Part shown: in pieces, positions 10,623-21,174 of the stretch
Layout of the letters: the number at the start of each line of letters is the position of its first letter
Position numbering within the stretch: the first letter of the stretch is position 1
DNA from: an uncultured Candidatus Saccharibacteria bacterium
Lineage (GTDB): Bacteria; Patescibacteriota; Minisyncoccia; UBA6257; GWB1-50-10
Reading direction: 5' to 3'
DNA: 64,000 nucleotides
NCBI GenBank assembly: GCA_964365955.1
Contig: CAYISA010000002.1
Location: 23,329 to 87,328, forward strand
Program-made: the position numbers and the translations under genes
Notes under the pieces: model-generated
Database searches by the model: none
What the model was told of the DNA's origin: nothing
Seen by the model: the letters and a program-made list of their open reading frames with translations, nothing else

Positions 10623-11609
10623 TTAGAAGTTTGTTAATACCTTTGAGCCCTCAAAATCAAAACGGTATCGCATCTCTCTTAAACCTTCACGTGCCATTGT
10701 TTCGCGGAAATTCTTGTGACCGCCCGGAACGTAAAATATAAAGAATCCTCCGCCGCCGGCGCCGGAGATTTTTCCTCCTAAAGCACCGCTTTCCTTAGCA
10801 AGATCATACAACCGGTCAAATTCCGGATTCGTCATTTTTGAAGATATCTTCTTTTTGTGCTGCCAATGCGCATCAAAAAGCTTTCCCACTTCATCGATAT
10901 TCCCCTCTTCAACCGCCTCAAGAATCTCACACCCGATTTCCTTGATATAATGCATGCTCTCTACAACTTCCTTTTTCTCTTCGCTTACTCCGGAAGATTG
11001 TTCTTGCAAAATTTCATCGGCCTGCCGCGTAACTCCAGTAAAGAAAATTAGTATATTGCGATTCAGTTCATCCGCCACATCCATTGAAACGTTTGCTTTT
11101 CTTAAAGAAACATTTCCATCTTTTTTAATTTCTAAGACTGTGAATCCGCCAAAAGCCGCCATATAAGGATCTTGTTTGCCGATGGGTCGTTTTAAAACTT
11201 CTGCTTCGAGTTTAAAATCTTCTTCGGCTAAAGTTTGAAGAGAAATATACTCTCTTTTTAAAGTGTGGAGGGCGTGGAGAAGCCCCACAGTATAACAACT
11301 TGAGGAACCCAGACCCGTGCCGGCTGGTATATCGGCTAAAGAACTGATTTCTATATTTTTTTCAACGCCGGTCATTCGAAGCGCCTCGCGAACAAGGTCG
11401 TGTTGAATTTGATCCACTCTCTCAACTGTTTCCGATTTTGTGTATTTAAGCCGAATCAAATCGTCGGCTTTCGGTCGGTTAACATCAACAAACATGTATT
11501 TATCAAGGGCGGCTGCAAAAATAAAGCCGCCGTATTTTGAATAGTAGGAAGGCAGGTCGGTTCCTCCGCCGCCCAAAGTAATCCGAAATGGTGTTTGAGT
11601 GATTATCAT
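10623..11609 (-). CDS. hddA: GHMP kinase, probably D-glycero-alpha-D-manno-heptose 7-phosphate kinase (HddA-like)
   Basis: MIITQTPFRITLGGGGTDLPSYY N-terminus and GHMP motif PAGTGLGSSS. Confidence 0.7.
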   Translation of the reverse strand: MIITQTPFRITLGGGGTDLPSYYSKYGGFIFAAALDKYMFVDVNRPKADDLIRLKYTKSETVERVDQIQHDLVREALRMTGVEKNIEISSLADIPAGTGLGSSSCYTVGLLHALHTLKREYISLQTLAEEDFKLEAEVLKRPIGKQDPYMAAFGGFTVLEIKKDGNVSLRKANVSMDVADELNRNILIFFTGVTRQADEILQEQSSGVSEEKKEVVESMHYIKEIGCEILEAVEEGNIDEVGKLFDAHWQHKKKISSKMTNPEFDRLYDLAKESGALGGKISGAGGGGFFIFYVPGGHKNFRETMAREGLREMRYRFDFEGSKVLTNF

Positions 11610-11678
11610 CTTATTTACTTCTACTTAATAAGCTACAACGAAAACAACTAAATGTAAAATGGGGCGCGGTGGAAACAA

Positions 11679-12464
11679 CTATTTTCTGGCGTATACATAA
11701 GCAGTGGAACCGACTAACTTGGGTACTATTCTCCCATCCAAATCAACTAAAAATACCTCGAAGCCATTTTCTTTTAATGCTCTCTGAATTTTTAAATAAT
11801 CTACCCTATCACAATGTATCTCCATAGAAATGAGCTTGGTGATCTTCAAAAATTGATTATTGTATAAGAACAAGTTTTCTTCAGAACCGTCGACATCGAC
11901 CTTCAAAAAATCGATTTGTTCGATTTTCTCTTTTTTTATGATGTCATTAAGAGAGAGAGAGAGATTAGAATTTTCGGGATCATTGCTATCAAATCCTAGA
12001 GTATCTCCGACAAAACCATGCAGCAGTTGAATAGTCTCGAAACAACTATTGGTAGCAACATTTTTCTGGAATATTTTAGTACGGGGATAATTTGTTTCTA
12101 CGGCAATTACTTTTTCTGCTCCCAATTTAGCCGCAAGAATAGAAAAAGCCCCGAAACTAGCGCCTAAATCCAAAACAACGTTTCCCTCTTTTATTAAAAA
12201 TCCGGGTAATCGGCAGTATACGTTCCGAGCGTATATCTCATAAGCATAGCCAATCGTATCTTTCTCCGCAATTATTCTTTTGCCAAAAACACGAAAATTC
12301 CAAGCCGACTTATCCATTTCAGAAAATAACGAGGATAGGTTTTTACTTCTTAGTATTTTCGAAAATTGACGGATTAATATTTTCAGAAAACGTATAAAAT
12401 CCCCGAAGGTAAGGGCTAGGAAAAAATCAAAAGGAATTTTTATAGTTCTTAAAATTCTTTTCAT
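11679..12464 (-). CDS. FkbM family methyltransferase
   Basis: VVLDLGASFGAFSI...VIAVE motif typical of FkbM. Confidence 0.65.
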   Translation of the reverse strand: MKRILRTIKIPFDFFLALTFGDFIRFLKILIRQFSKILRSKNLSSLFSEMDKSAWNFRVFGKRIIAEKDTIGYAYEIYARNVYCRLPGFLIKEGNVVLDLGASFGAFSILAAKLGAEKVIAVETNYPRTKIFQKNVATNSCFETIQLLHGFVGDTLGFDSNDPENSNLSLSLNDIIKKEKIEQIDFLKVDVDGSEENLFLYNNQFLKITKLISMEIHCDRVDYLKIQRALKENGFEVFLVDLDGRIVPKLVGSTAYVYARK

Positions 12465-12496
12465 AAAATGATTGTAGATTGAGATTAAAACTGTCT

Positions 12497-13420
12497 CTAT
12501 ATCCTTCCCTTCTCCATCTCCCCTTTAATAAACTCAGCCATTGCGCGCAGTCCTTCTTCAAGATTTGTTTTGGGCTTCCAGCCCAGCGCTACGGCATCCG
12601 AAATATCGGCGAGTGTTTGTGTCGGAACGTCTCCGCTTAGCTGTGGTTTTATGATTGGCTCAATGTCGGATTGTAAAATATTTTTTATTGTATTTAAAAT
12701 ATCTACCACTGAATAAGACTTTCCGCTCCCCAATCTAAACATCCGATTATCTACACGGTCATCGGTAATGCACTGCAAGTGGAAATCATTGATGTCATCT
12801 ACATAAACAAAATCGCGTTTGTTATTTTCCGCTCCTTCATAAATCGTCGGTCGCTCACCCTTTAGTAGTTTTATTATAAAAGCGGACATAACAGGTGGAA
12901 TTAAACGCCGATAATCCTGGCGTGGGCCGTAGACGTTAAAATACCTAACGCCGACCATCGTTACACCAAAAGCCGCGTGGTAACCGTCGGCAATCATTGC
13001 GTCTGTTAATTTACTTATTGCATAGAATCCTTTCAAACGATCGTCGCCTTCTTCAACAGCCGAAGATTGAGCGTAAACAACCTTTCGCACTCCGGCTCTT
13101 TTTGCAGCTTCAAAAACATTCGTAGTTCCAACAACATTAATCTGCATTGTCTCGACGGGATCTTTTTGGCAATCAAGAAGCTGGTTTTTAGCAGCAAGAT
13201 GGAAGACGGCATCAACGCCCTCAAATAATGGATAAATGCTCTGCGAAGAAACATCAACCCTATGAAACTCTACTTCTTTGGGGACTTGATGGGCCGGTCC
13301 ATATGCTAGATTATCAAGGCCCAAAACTTTATAGCCCGCGGCCAGCAATCTATCAGCTAAATTACTGCCGATGAAACCGGCCACGCCCGTAATCAAGATT
13401 TTTCCTTTGCTGACAGCCAT
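12497..13420 (-). CDS. NAD-dependent epimerase/dehydratase (extended SDR)
   Basis: ILITGVAGFIGSNL Rossmann motif; YAISK catalytic motif. Confidence 0.8.
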   Translation of the reverse strand: MAVSKGKILITGVAGFIGSNLADRLLAAGYKVLGLDNLAYGPAHQVPKEVEFHRVDVSSQSIYPLFEGVDAVFHLAAKNQLLDCQKDPVETMQINVVGTTNVFEAAKRAGVRKVVYAQSSAVEEGDDRLKGFYAISKLTDAMIADGYHAAFGVTMVGVRYFNVYGPRQDYRRLIPPVMSAFIIKLLKGERPTIYEGAENNKRDFVYVDDINDFHLQCITDDRVDNRMFRLGSGKSYSVVDILNTIKNILQSDIEPIIKPQLSGDVPTQTLADISDAVALGWKPKTNLEEGLRAMAEFIKGEMEKGRI

Positions 13421-13435
13421 ATAAGTTCTTTAATT

Positions 13436-14191
13436 CTAAATCTTTTCGGCAACAACACAAATAGAAAGATAGGGATAACCCAACAAATCACTAATAGGCT
13501 TGTCTAAAATCTGGAAAATCCGTAGGGGAAATGTTACAAACCATCCTAAATTATGGAACATGCGATCAAGGACTTTTGCAATCCGACATAAATACTGAGA
13601 AATAAAACCAGTTACATATTCCTCTTTGTTAACTTTGAAACCCGACGCAACTAATAGAGAGTTCATTTCTTTAAATGTGTAACCCCAACGAACGTGGTTT
13701 CCATCCTCAACTTCAGACACACCATCTCCTGGAAAATGCCTGTAATACTTGTAGGGAGTCGTTAAAAGAATATGACCGCCCGGTTTTAAGAACAAACAAA
13801 AATTTTTCAATAATTTTTTATCGTCCATAATATGCTCGATTGTTTCAAAACAGATAATCTCGTCGAAAAGTCCTAAGTCTTTAGCTAGCAAATCGAGTTG
13901 GTTTAGATTTGTATGGACAAATTTCACATTTTTCAATCCCAAAATATCCGCTCTCTCCACTGCTTCGTGATTATTCCTTTCGTCAAAAGAAATGCCGATT
14001 GCTTCCCCACCTCGTTTTGCAGCACAAAAAGTGAAAGCCCCGGAACCGCAGCCGGCATCAAGAACACGTAAATTCCCTGTCCCAAGATTACGTCTCAACC
14101 AAACTAGACGATCAAAGGCCGCTGGGTCGCTCCACAAAACTGCACTCTGATATCCACCAATTTTTAATATTAGTTTTTGAAGAGAGGACAT
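13436..14191 (-). CDS. class I SAM-dependent methyltransferase
   Basis: VLDAGCGSGAFT motif I. Confidence 0.75.
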   Translation of the reverse strand: MSSLQKLILKIGGYQSAVLWSDPAAFDRLVWLRRNLGTGNLRVLDAGCGSGAFTFCAAKRGGEAIGISFDERNNHEAVERADILGLKNVKFVHTNLNQLDLLAKDLGLFDEIICFETIEHIMDDKKLLKNFCLFLKPGGHILLTTPYKYYRHFPGDGVSEVEDGNHVRWGYTFKEMNSLLVASGFKVNKEEYVTGFISQYLCRIAKVLDRMFHNLGWFVTFPLRIFQILDKPISDLLGYPYLSICVVAEKI

Positions 14192-14192
14192 T

Positions 14193-15359
14193 TCATTGTT
14201 TTTTCGCTGCCATTATTTTTTCAAAAGCCGCAAATACCTTATCGCCATAATCGTCCCACGTTAATCCAGAAGTTACCCTCTGTTTAGCCGCTTGACCCAT
14301 AGCTACGACTGCCTGGGGATTTTTATAAAAAAATAAAATTTTTTCTTTAAGCGCTTCAACATCTTTTATGGGTATGATAAATCCCTCTTTCCCCTCTTCA
14401 ATAATGTCGGGCCCGCCGGTATTCGTCGAAGCAATGGCTGGCAAACCACAGGCCATCGCCTGCACCAAAACTGCCCCAAAGCCATCATCGAGCGAGGGGA
14501 AGGCAAACACTGATCCTTGGGAGTACAGTTTGTAAAGCTCCGCCTGGGGTTTGTGGCCAACCCATGTATAATGGCCTTCATATTTTTTAAAAATGGGTTT
14601 TATTTGCTCGGTCAAGCCGCCGACAAGGAACAGTTCCGAATTCGGCAGTTTAAGTTCTGTAAATGCCTGGATCAAATAGTGAACTCCTTTTCTAAGCGAC
14701 ATCCCGCCAGCAAAAATGACCCTGAAAATCTTGTCTTCCTTGGGAACTTGCCTAAAGGCGGAAAGGTCAACGCCGTATGGAATATGAATTATTCTCTCCT
14801 CCGGTATTCCGAAAGCTAGAAAACGATTTTTGATATAAAGGGACGGAACGCTTAAATAGTCAGTTTCCTTGTATTCCTGAATCGCCTTCTCGACCAATCT
14901 CGGAGAAGATAATTCATATGATTTTGTAGGCCAACCGACTAAGTCATACTCATCTTTAAGAAGTCTATTCTGTTCAAGCATGGGCGCGTTACCCACCTCG
15001 ATGATAGAAATTGCACCTTTTTTCTGGGCCTCTCTTAAGGAATGGAGTGAAAAAGAGGTCCAGCCCCAAAAAATGTCGGCCGGAGTTATTCTTTTTGCAG
15101 CCCCCTTATCAAAAGTTTCATGAATGAAATAATCTGGGCTCGTAACATTTTTTATAAAATTAGGAAGCTTCGACCACCCCCGCGTCAAAATTTCTTTAAT
15201 GATTACGGAATCTATCTTTGAACGCGGGATCCCATATTTGACTATCTCAAATTTGGGATACGATGTGATGAGCTTCTCCAAAGAATTTCTCTTTAGAAGT
15301 TGTTGGGCTAAATAAGTGGTGCTTGCCCCACGTCCCGCGATGCTTATGATAGTTTTCAT
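14193..15359 (-). CDS. glycosyltransferase family 4
   Basis: FAFPSLDDGFGAVLVQAMACGLPAIAS EX7E-type motif. Confidence 0.8.
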   Translation of the reverse strand: MKTIISIAGRGASTTYLAQQLLKRNSLEKLITSYPKFEIVKYGIPRSKIDSVIIKEILTRGWSKLPNFIKNVTSPDYFIHETFDKGAAKRITPADIFWGWTSFSLHSLREAQKKGAISIIEVGNAPMLEQNRLLKDEYDLVGWPTKSYELSSPRLVEKAIQEYKETDYLSVPSLYIKNRFLAFGIPEERIIHIPYGVDLSAFRQVPKEDKIFRVIFAGGMSLRKGVHYLIQAFTELKLPNSELFLVGGLTEQIKPIFKKYEGHYTWVGHKPQAELYKLYSQGSVFAFPSLDDGFGAVLVQAMACGLPAIASTNTGGPDIIEEGKEGFIIPIKDVEALKEKILFFYKNPQAVVAMGQAAKQRVTSGLTWDDYGDKVFAAFEKIMAAKKQ

Positions 15360-15368
15360 ACGGATTGA

Positions 15369-16559
15369 TTATTTAACGCTTGATTCTAACGCTCGCAAGA
15401 TACCCGTAACGCAAGCACCATAGTTCCACTTTGAAATCAATTCTAGAGACTTCTTGCCCATGGCATTTATTTTCCCACGATCATTAACCAATAGTTCTAA
15501 GGAATTTTTTAGACGCTCGACATCACCACAGGGATAAATGAATCCGTTTGAGCCATCTTTTACAATGTCATAAACGGATGGCACAGCGTCGGAGACAATA
15601 ACCGGCAGGCCTGAACACATTGCCTCGTTTACAACCAATCCCCACGTTTCACCATCAGAGGGCAAAACAAAAATATCGCCCAATGCATAATATTTAGGCA
15701 TCATACCTTGAGAAATAAAGCCGGTAAAAACCGCATTTCGTATATGAAATTCTTGAACATACTCTGTGAGAGCTGACCTTAAGTCGCCATCGCCAACAAA
15801 GACTAAAGATGCCAAACCGTTTTTTAACTGTGAAAACGCTTTTAATAGATCTTCGGGTCTTTTCCTATGAATTAACTTGCCCATAAAGATCACCACCGGC
15901 AAATCAACTGGCAAATTAAGTTCTTTCTTGAGTTCGGTCTGGTGTGGTTTGTACTTACTGTTTTGATTAATAAAAAAATCATTATCCACGGAGTACGGGG
16001 TTAGAAAAATACGATCTGCGGGTACTCCATAGTACTTATAAAATTCTCCGCTCTTGCTACCTATGGACAAGCATGCCTTTGTCAACTTAAAAAGTGGTTT
16101 TAGCGCCATAAATTTTAAGGCCTTGGTCCAGAGCGATTGATTTGGCCGCACTAGAGTTTCTCCTCTAAATATAAGCGGGGTGCCTGTAATAAGGGCTCCA
16201 AAAAAACAAAACCAATCCGACAAGTGCGTGTAACCATGAACGATAATCGCATCGTAGCGATTCCGAAAAAGCTCTACTATAATTCCGGGATTGATAATTC
16301 CCAAAAAATTGGAGGAGGTTTTTTTAATCGCCCAATTATTAAGGAATTTATATCTGTATCCTTCTAAAAGCGGGATGTCCCACTTGATATTGACACCCGA
16401 TTCCAAATCATGGGTCTCCTTAACTCCAAAGTCCCAACCGTAATAAACCGTCAAATCAATTTTAGAGTGTCTGGCCAAACTTTTAAATAAGGGGCCGTTA
16501 TACTCACTGGGGTGAGAGGTAAAAAAAGCTAATTTTATTTTTTCGGATTGTTGAACCAT
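15369..16559 (-). CDS. glycosyltransferase family 4
   Basis: IFVLPSDGETWGLVVNEAMCSGLPVIVSD motif. Confidence 0.8.
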   Translation of the reverse strand: MVQQSEKIKLAFFTSHPSEYNGPLFKSLARHSKIDLTVYYGWDFGVKETHDLESGVNIKWDIPLLEGYRYKFLNNWAIKKTSSNFLGIINPGIIVELFRNRYDAIIVHGYTHLSDWFCFFGALITGTPLIFRGETLVRPNQSLWTKALKFMALKPLFKLTKACLSIGSKSGEFYKYYGVPADRIFLTPYSVDNDFFINQNSKYKPHQTELKKELNLPVDLPVVIFMGKLIHRKRPEDLLKAFSQLKNGLASLVFVGDGDLRSALTEYVQEFHIRNAVFTGFISQGMMPKYYALGDIFVLPSDGETWGLVVNEAMCSGLPVIVSDAVPSVYDIVKDGSNGFIYPCGDVERLKNSLELLVNDRGKINAMGKKSLELISKWNYGACVTGILRALESSVK

Positions 16560-17696
16560 TTAAACCTTAAAATAGCCGTCGCGGTCCAAAAAATTTTCTT
16601 TAACAAACACTTGAGATTCTTTTAATTTTAGATCATCTTTCTTCGCAGATCTTCCAAGGAAACCAAAAAGGCGAGAAATGATTCTTGGAATCAAAAGGGA
16701 AGTTACAAGCACACGCTCAATAATAGAAAAATCTTTGAAATATTCAGAAATCACCTTGCGGTTTTCTTTTATATCAAAAAAAGATGGCCGCAATCCTGAT
16801 CTTAAGAAATAAATAAAAAACGTTGCTAAGGATTGCGCTCCTGTATAAATTTTCATTCTGCTGTAAAAGTTTGGATATTTGTATTTATAAATGGATTTAA
16901 AAAAGAGTAGGCCATAATACTCACTCTTCAAGACGTTGGATGCTGAAGAAAATTCAAGATTCTTAAACGTCAAATTGCTTGAATGCGTTATTTTCATAAT
17001 TATGAATGAATCGTCTGAAACGCAGTTTTTATATCTTGTCAAAATTTCCAGAAAAAATATAAAATCGGGAGCATAGGCCTTTTTTAGGGTGATCTCTCTC
17101 AATTCTTCAGGAAAATCTGGGCTATAACAACAATTTTTTAGAAAATAGTTTATGGCACTTAGCGCATCTTCTTTTCTAAACAAAGCGAAGAGACAAGAGG
17201 CGGATAAAAACCCTCGATAGGTTTGCTTTGCAATCCATTCGGCTGAATAAATCCCCGAGGGCACGCTGGCATCCATAATAAAATCAAATTTTTCCTTATC
17301 AATTTCGCGCAAGCTTATTACTCTTGGCATAACGGCAGATGAATCGGGGTAACGTAAAAAACTACGCACGCCCCTTTCAATAGAGTTCCGCGTAAGCCAA
17401 TCATCGGTCCCGAGCCAAATAACGAATTCTCCTTCCGCGAGTTCATACGCTCGCTTGAGACCCGGAATAATGCCAAGCTTCTCGGGATTTCTGAAATACC
17501 TTATCCGCTTGTCGTGTAAAGCATATTCCGCAATTATTCTCTGACTATCGTCGGTGCTGGCATCGTCTACAAGCACAACTTCAATGTTCTTATAAGTTTG
17601 ATTCAGAGAGCTTTCAAGAAATCTGTGAATATATTTCTCCGAATTTAAAAATGTTGCGCAAATACTAACTAATGGTTTTTTGTTATTGAATTTCAT
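16560..17696 (-). CDS. glycosyltransferase family 2
   Basis: VSICATFLNSEKYI...VVLVDDASTDDS GT-A signature. Confidence 0.75.
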   Translation of the reverse strand: MKFNNKKPLVSICATFLNSEKYIHRFLESSLNQTYKNIEVVLVDDASTDDSQRIIAEYALHDKRIRYFRNPEKLGIIPGLKRAYELAEGEFVIWLGTDDWLTRNSIERGVRSFLRYPDSSAVMPRVISLREIDKEKFDFIMDASVPSGIYSAEWIAKQTYRGFLSASCLFALFRKEDALSAINYFLKNCCYSPDFPEELREITLKKAYAPDFIFFLEILTRYKNCVSDDSFIIMKITHSSNLTFKNLEFSSASNVLKSEYYGLLFFKSIYKYKYPNFYSRMKIYTGAQSLATFFIYFLRSGLRPSFFDIKENRKVISEYFKDFSIIERVLVTSLLIPRIISRLFGFLGRSAKKDDLKLKESQVFVKENFLDRDGYFKV

Positions 17697-18685
17697 TGGA
17701 TTTTCTTTTTTGCCAACACATACAGATTCACGCCTCTCAAAAAAACGAACTTGGATAAAAGAAAAAGAAACGGCAAAAGAATTATAACGGGCACCTGCAA
17801 TACAACGGTTTTTATAACGGCGGCTACTTTCAGGATTCTAAATTTTAACGTGTTTTTTTGTTGTTTTTCATGATTAGAAAATTGATCTTTCTTAACCTTG
17901 GCAACTGCGCCGGTGCTCGTTAAAAAACTCAAAAATCCCTGAATAAACTCGTAGTTCTGTCCGATAGTTTCCAGACGTTCCTCGGCGATTTCCATAATTT
18001 CAAAACCCTGGCTCATCAAAAATTTGGACAGGCTGTCTTTATTCCAGCGGGTTAAATGGTGCGGTGGATAATCCCAACCTTCGCGTCTTTTTCTGAGATT
18101 TATGGTTAAAAAAAATCTTCTGGAATTCGGAACGGCGATCGCAAGAACTCCCTTTGAATTAAGTATTCCTTTTATTTCTTTTATAGACAAGGCGGGATCC
18201 TCTAAATGTTCCAGAACATGAAACATTGACGCAACGTCAAAAACAACACCGGGGAAAAGACGCGGGATATCTGAAAGAGCTCCGACTTTCACATTATTAA
18301 ACCCGCAACTTCTTGCCTTCTCTATTGCCAACTCGTTAAAATCTACCCCGAACACATCAAAACCGCATCGTGATGCAACTTTCAAAAATTCTCCGGGTCC
18401 ACATCCTATATCAATAAGTCGGCCTCGTACATTGAATTTTTTAGAATCGGTTGCAAATTTTTGAAATTCCCACTTGTTTTCATCTCCGTATCCCTCACCG
18501 TCAGCTCCGTAATTAAATTCATAATATTCAGATGATCCGGCTTCGATTGAAACACAAAATTCCGCCCCGCAATCATCACAAAAATAAAACGAGTCGTCAT
18601 TGATCGCGCTGGCCGGTTTTACGGATTTAGAGTTACAGAGTGGGCACAAAATGTCTTGAGTGGGATTTTTAATTGAACTTTTCAT
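17693..18685 (-). CDS. class I SAM-dependent methyltransferase with N-terminal C4 zinc ribbon
   Basis: CPLCNS...CDDCGAEFC zinc ribbon; LIDIGCGPGEF motif I. Confidence 0.7.
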   Translation of the reverse strand: MKSSIKNPTQDILCPLCNSKSVKPASAINDDSFYFCDDCGAEFCVSIEAGSSEYYEFNYGADGEGYGDENKWEFQKFATDSKKFNVRGRLIDIGCGPGEFLKVASRCGFDVFGVDFNELAIEKARSCGFNNVKVGALSDIPRLFPGVVFDVASMFHVLEHLEDPALSIKEIKGILNSKGVLAIAVPNSRRFFLTINLRKRREGWDYPPHHLTRWNKDSLSKFLMSQGFEIMEIAEERLETIGQNYEFIQGFLSFLTSTGAVAKVKKDQFSNHEKQQKNTLKFRILKVAAVIKTVVLQVPVIILLPFLFLLSKFVFLRGVNLYVLAKKKIQ

Positions 18686-18782
18686 CCTTTAGCTTATTAA
18701 GAACAGTATCATTTCGGCCTCTGCCGCGCAATAAAAAGCCATCCTTCACACACAAAAAATGCTGTGTTAAACTAGCCCGTAT

Positions 18783-20132
18783 ATGGGGAACTCCCAAAAG
18801 ACGGTGGCAATTTTTGGCCTTGGATATGTTGGACTTCCACTCGCAGTAGTGCTCGCAGAAAAAGGATTTAATGTTCTTGGAATCGACACAAATCCCGAAA
18901 TTCGCGATACGATCATGGAAGGAACGCCCCATTTCTTTGAAACGGGGCTGGAGCCACTTCTTAAAAAATGCATTGGAAAAAATTTTGAAGTTCGCGCATC
19001 CATTGAAAAAGGAGATGCGTCCGTGTTCATCATCACGGTTGGAACGCCCCTTAGCGAAGGAGAAAGGGTTCCGGATCTCACTGCAATAAAAATGGTGAGT
19101 CGGTCGGTTGGTAGAACCCTGAAGCGTGGGGATTTAGTAATTCTACGATCAACCGTTCCAATCGGAGTAACACGTAGGGTTACCCTCCCCATACTGGAGC
19201 AGGAATCCCAAATGAACGCGGGAGGGGACTTTTTTCTTGCATTTGCACCAGAACGAGTTATCGAAGGCGCAGCACTTGAAGAGTTGGTCAAGCTTCCGCA
19301 AGTCGTTGGCGGAGTAAACGAAGAAAGCACAGTCCGTGCACGCGATTTTTTCCAAACCTTCGTTGAAAAAACAATCGTAGTGCGCTCTCTTGAAACCGCC
19401 GAGATTATTAAATTAGCAAATAATGCCTACCGTGATACGATATTTGGTTTTGCAAATGAGTTTTCACGTCTCTGCGGTGCATTCAATATCGACCCACAAG
19501 AGGTGGTCAATGCTGCAAACGCAAATTATCCCCGCGGACACATCCCCTCCCCTAGTCCGGGTGTAGGGGGATATTGTTTAACAAAAGATCCTTACATTTT
19601 AATGAGCTCTGCGGAGTCACGTGGAATTTCCATGTCGATCATTCACGCGGGCCGCAAAAGCAATGAGGTGATGGTACCTTATATTCTAAAAAAAGTTCAA
19701 GATTTTTTTGAGAATATCCGCAAAAAAGATATCCGCAAAGAAAAAATTGCGCTTTTGGGTATGGCGTTTAAGGGGTGGCCAGAAACATCCGACATCCGCT
19801 TCTCACCAAGCATTGATATGGCAAAACTACTTAGAAAGCAGGGAGCGGAAGTGTGGGGACATGATTTTGCGGTTCCCGCAGAAACACTAACGCCGCACGG
19901 AATCAAATTCGCGCTCAGCATAGAAAAAGCGGTACGCGAAGCAAGTTGTATAATACTCATGACCAATCATCCACGTTACCAGGATAAAAGCTGGCTCCCA
20001 TGTCTTGAAGCTTTAAATACTCCGGCCCTTTTTTTCGATCCATGGAGGCTGTGGGATGAAAAAATCATTACAAGCTATCCCCAAGTCTACTACACGAATC
20101 TTGGGTATAGCTCGTTTTACAAATCTCGTTAA
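18783..20132 (+). CDS. nucleotide-sugar dehydrogenase (UDP-glucose/GDP-mannose dehydrogenase family; WbpA-like)
   Basis: VAIFGLGYVGLPLA N-terminal motif and catalytic-Cys region GGYCLTKD; the only plus-strand gene in the island. Confidence 0.85.
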   Translation: MGNSQKTVAIFGLGYVGLPLAVVLAEKGFNVLGIDTNPEIRDTIMEGTPHFFETGLEPLLKKCIGKNFEVRASIEKGDASVFIITVGTPLSEGERVPDLTAIKMVSRSVGRTLKRGDLVILRSTVPIGVTRRVTLPILEQESQMNAGGDFFLAFAPERVIEGAALEELVKLPQVVGGVNEESTVRARDFFQTFVEKTIVVRSLETAEIIKLANNAYRDTIFGFANEFSRLCGAFNIDPQEVVNAANANYPRGHIPSPSPGVGGYCLTKDPYILMSSAESRGISMSIIHAGRKSNEVMVPYILKKVQDFFENIRKKDIRKEKIALLGMAFKGWPETSDIRFSPSIDMAKLLRKQGAEVWGHDFAVPAETLTPHGIKFALSIEKAVREASCIILMTNHPRYQDKSWLPCLEALNTPALFFDPWRLWDEKIITSYPQVYYTNLGYSSFYKSR

Positions 20133-20144
20133 CCGTCTCATCTC

Positions 20145-21143
20145 CTAAATTTTCCGTGCGTTTCGTATCCAAGCGGCGGTTTTTAATATTCCTTCCTTTA
20201 GCCCGATTTTCGGCGCCCAACCAATGAGATGCTCAATTTTTGATGGATCCATTTCGCGCTGAATGGCGGTATTAAAATCGGTCTTATCGACAATATATTT
20301 TAATTCCTTCCTGACACCAAGTAGTTCCCAAATCAAACGAGCCAGATCAATAATCTTGGTTACATCCTTTGATCCAATGTTAAAATCGCTATTGATCACG
20401 CGAGGATTTTCTTTTAGCGCTTCTTCAATAATCATGGTTGTTGCTTCTACGGCGTCGTCCACGTAAGTAAATGGCCTCGTTGCTTCAACTTCGCCTAAAA
20501 GTTCAAGGGGGTACTGACCGCTAATAATTTTTTTAATGAGCGCTGGGATAACGTGAATATCAGCCAGCGTCGAACCTTTTGAATCCTCGCCAGGACCATA
20601 GACGTTGTGATATCGGATAACGACATATTGCAAACCATATTGTTTTTGGAACGCCGTGCAGAAGTATTCACCGCCGAGTTTTGAAAAACCATAAATATTT
20701 GTTGGTGGCTTTATAAGAGGCAAATCACTTTCCTTATAGGGATAGTGTTCTGCTCCTTGAAAAACCATAGAGCTCGAGGAGTATATGATCGTTTTGACCC
20801 CAGCCTCAACTGCCGTAGGATAAACAACGGAATCAATCGCCATATTATTCGCCATAATTTCAGCCTGATGATCGCGCATGTAACCAATGGGGCCAATGTC
20901 AGCAGCAAGGTGAACAACGAGATGAATTCCTTTGAGTGACTTTTTCGCACAAGATTTTTCCCTTAAGTCACACGTCAGTATTTCCACTGCGCTCGGCAAT
21001 TCAACCATAACTTTTTTATGCTCCTCTGGCGTTGCAATATCAACGACACGAACATCGTGCCCAGCTTCACTTAGTGCTTTTGCTACCCGACTTCCGATGT
21101 AGCCACAGCCGCCCGTCACAAGAATTTTTTTGCCTTGCATCAT
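20145..21143 (-). CDS. NAD-dependent epimerase/dehydratase
   Basis: ILVTGGCGYIGS Rossmann motif; YGFSK catalytic motif. Confidence 0.8.
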   Translation of the reverse strand: MMQGKKILVTGGCGYIGSRVAKALSEAGHDVRVVDIATPEEHKKVMVELPSAVEILTCDLREKSCAKKSLKGIHLVVHLAADIGPIGYMRDHQAEIMANNMAIDSVVYPTAVEAGVKTIIYSSSSMVFQGAEHYPYKESDLPLIKPPTNIYGFSKLGGEYFCTAFQKQYGLQYVVIRYHNVYGPGEDSKGSTLADIHVIPALIKKIISGQYPLELLGEVEATRPFTYVDDAVEATTMIIEEALKENPRVINSDFNIGSKDVTKIIDLARLIWELLGVRKELKYIVDKTDFNTAIQREMDPSKIEHLIGWAPKIGLKEGILKTAAWIRNARKI

Positions 21144-21174
21144 TAGAAGGGTTTTTTATTAATCCTGGAAATAT

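Noticed and set aside
18767-19330. 187-aa minus-strand ORF overlapping the 5' end of the nucleotide-sugar dehydrogenase
   Set aside because: It is antisense to a gene with a clear N-terminal Rossmann motif, and its Ser/Pro-rich translation carries no motif.
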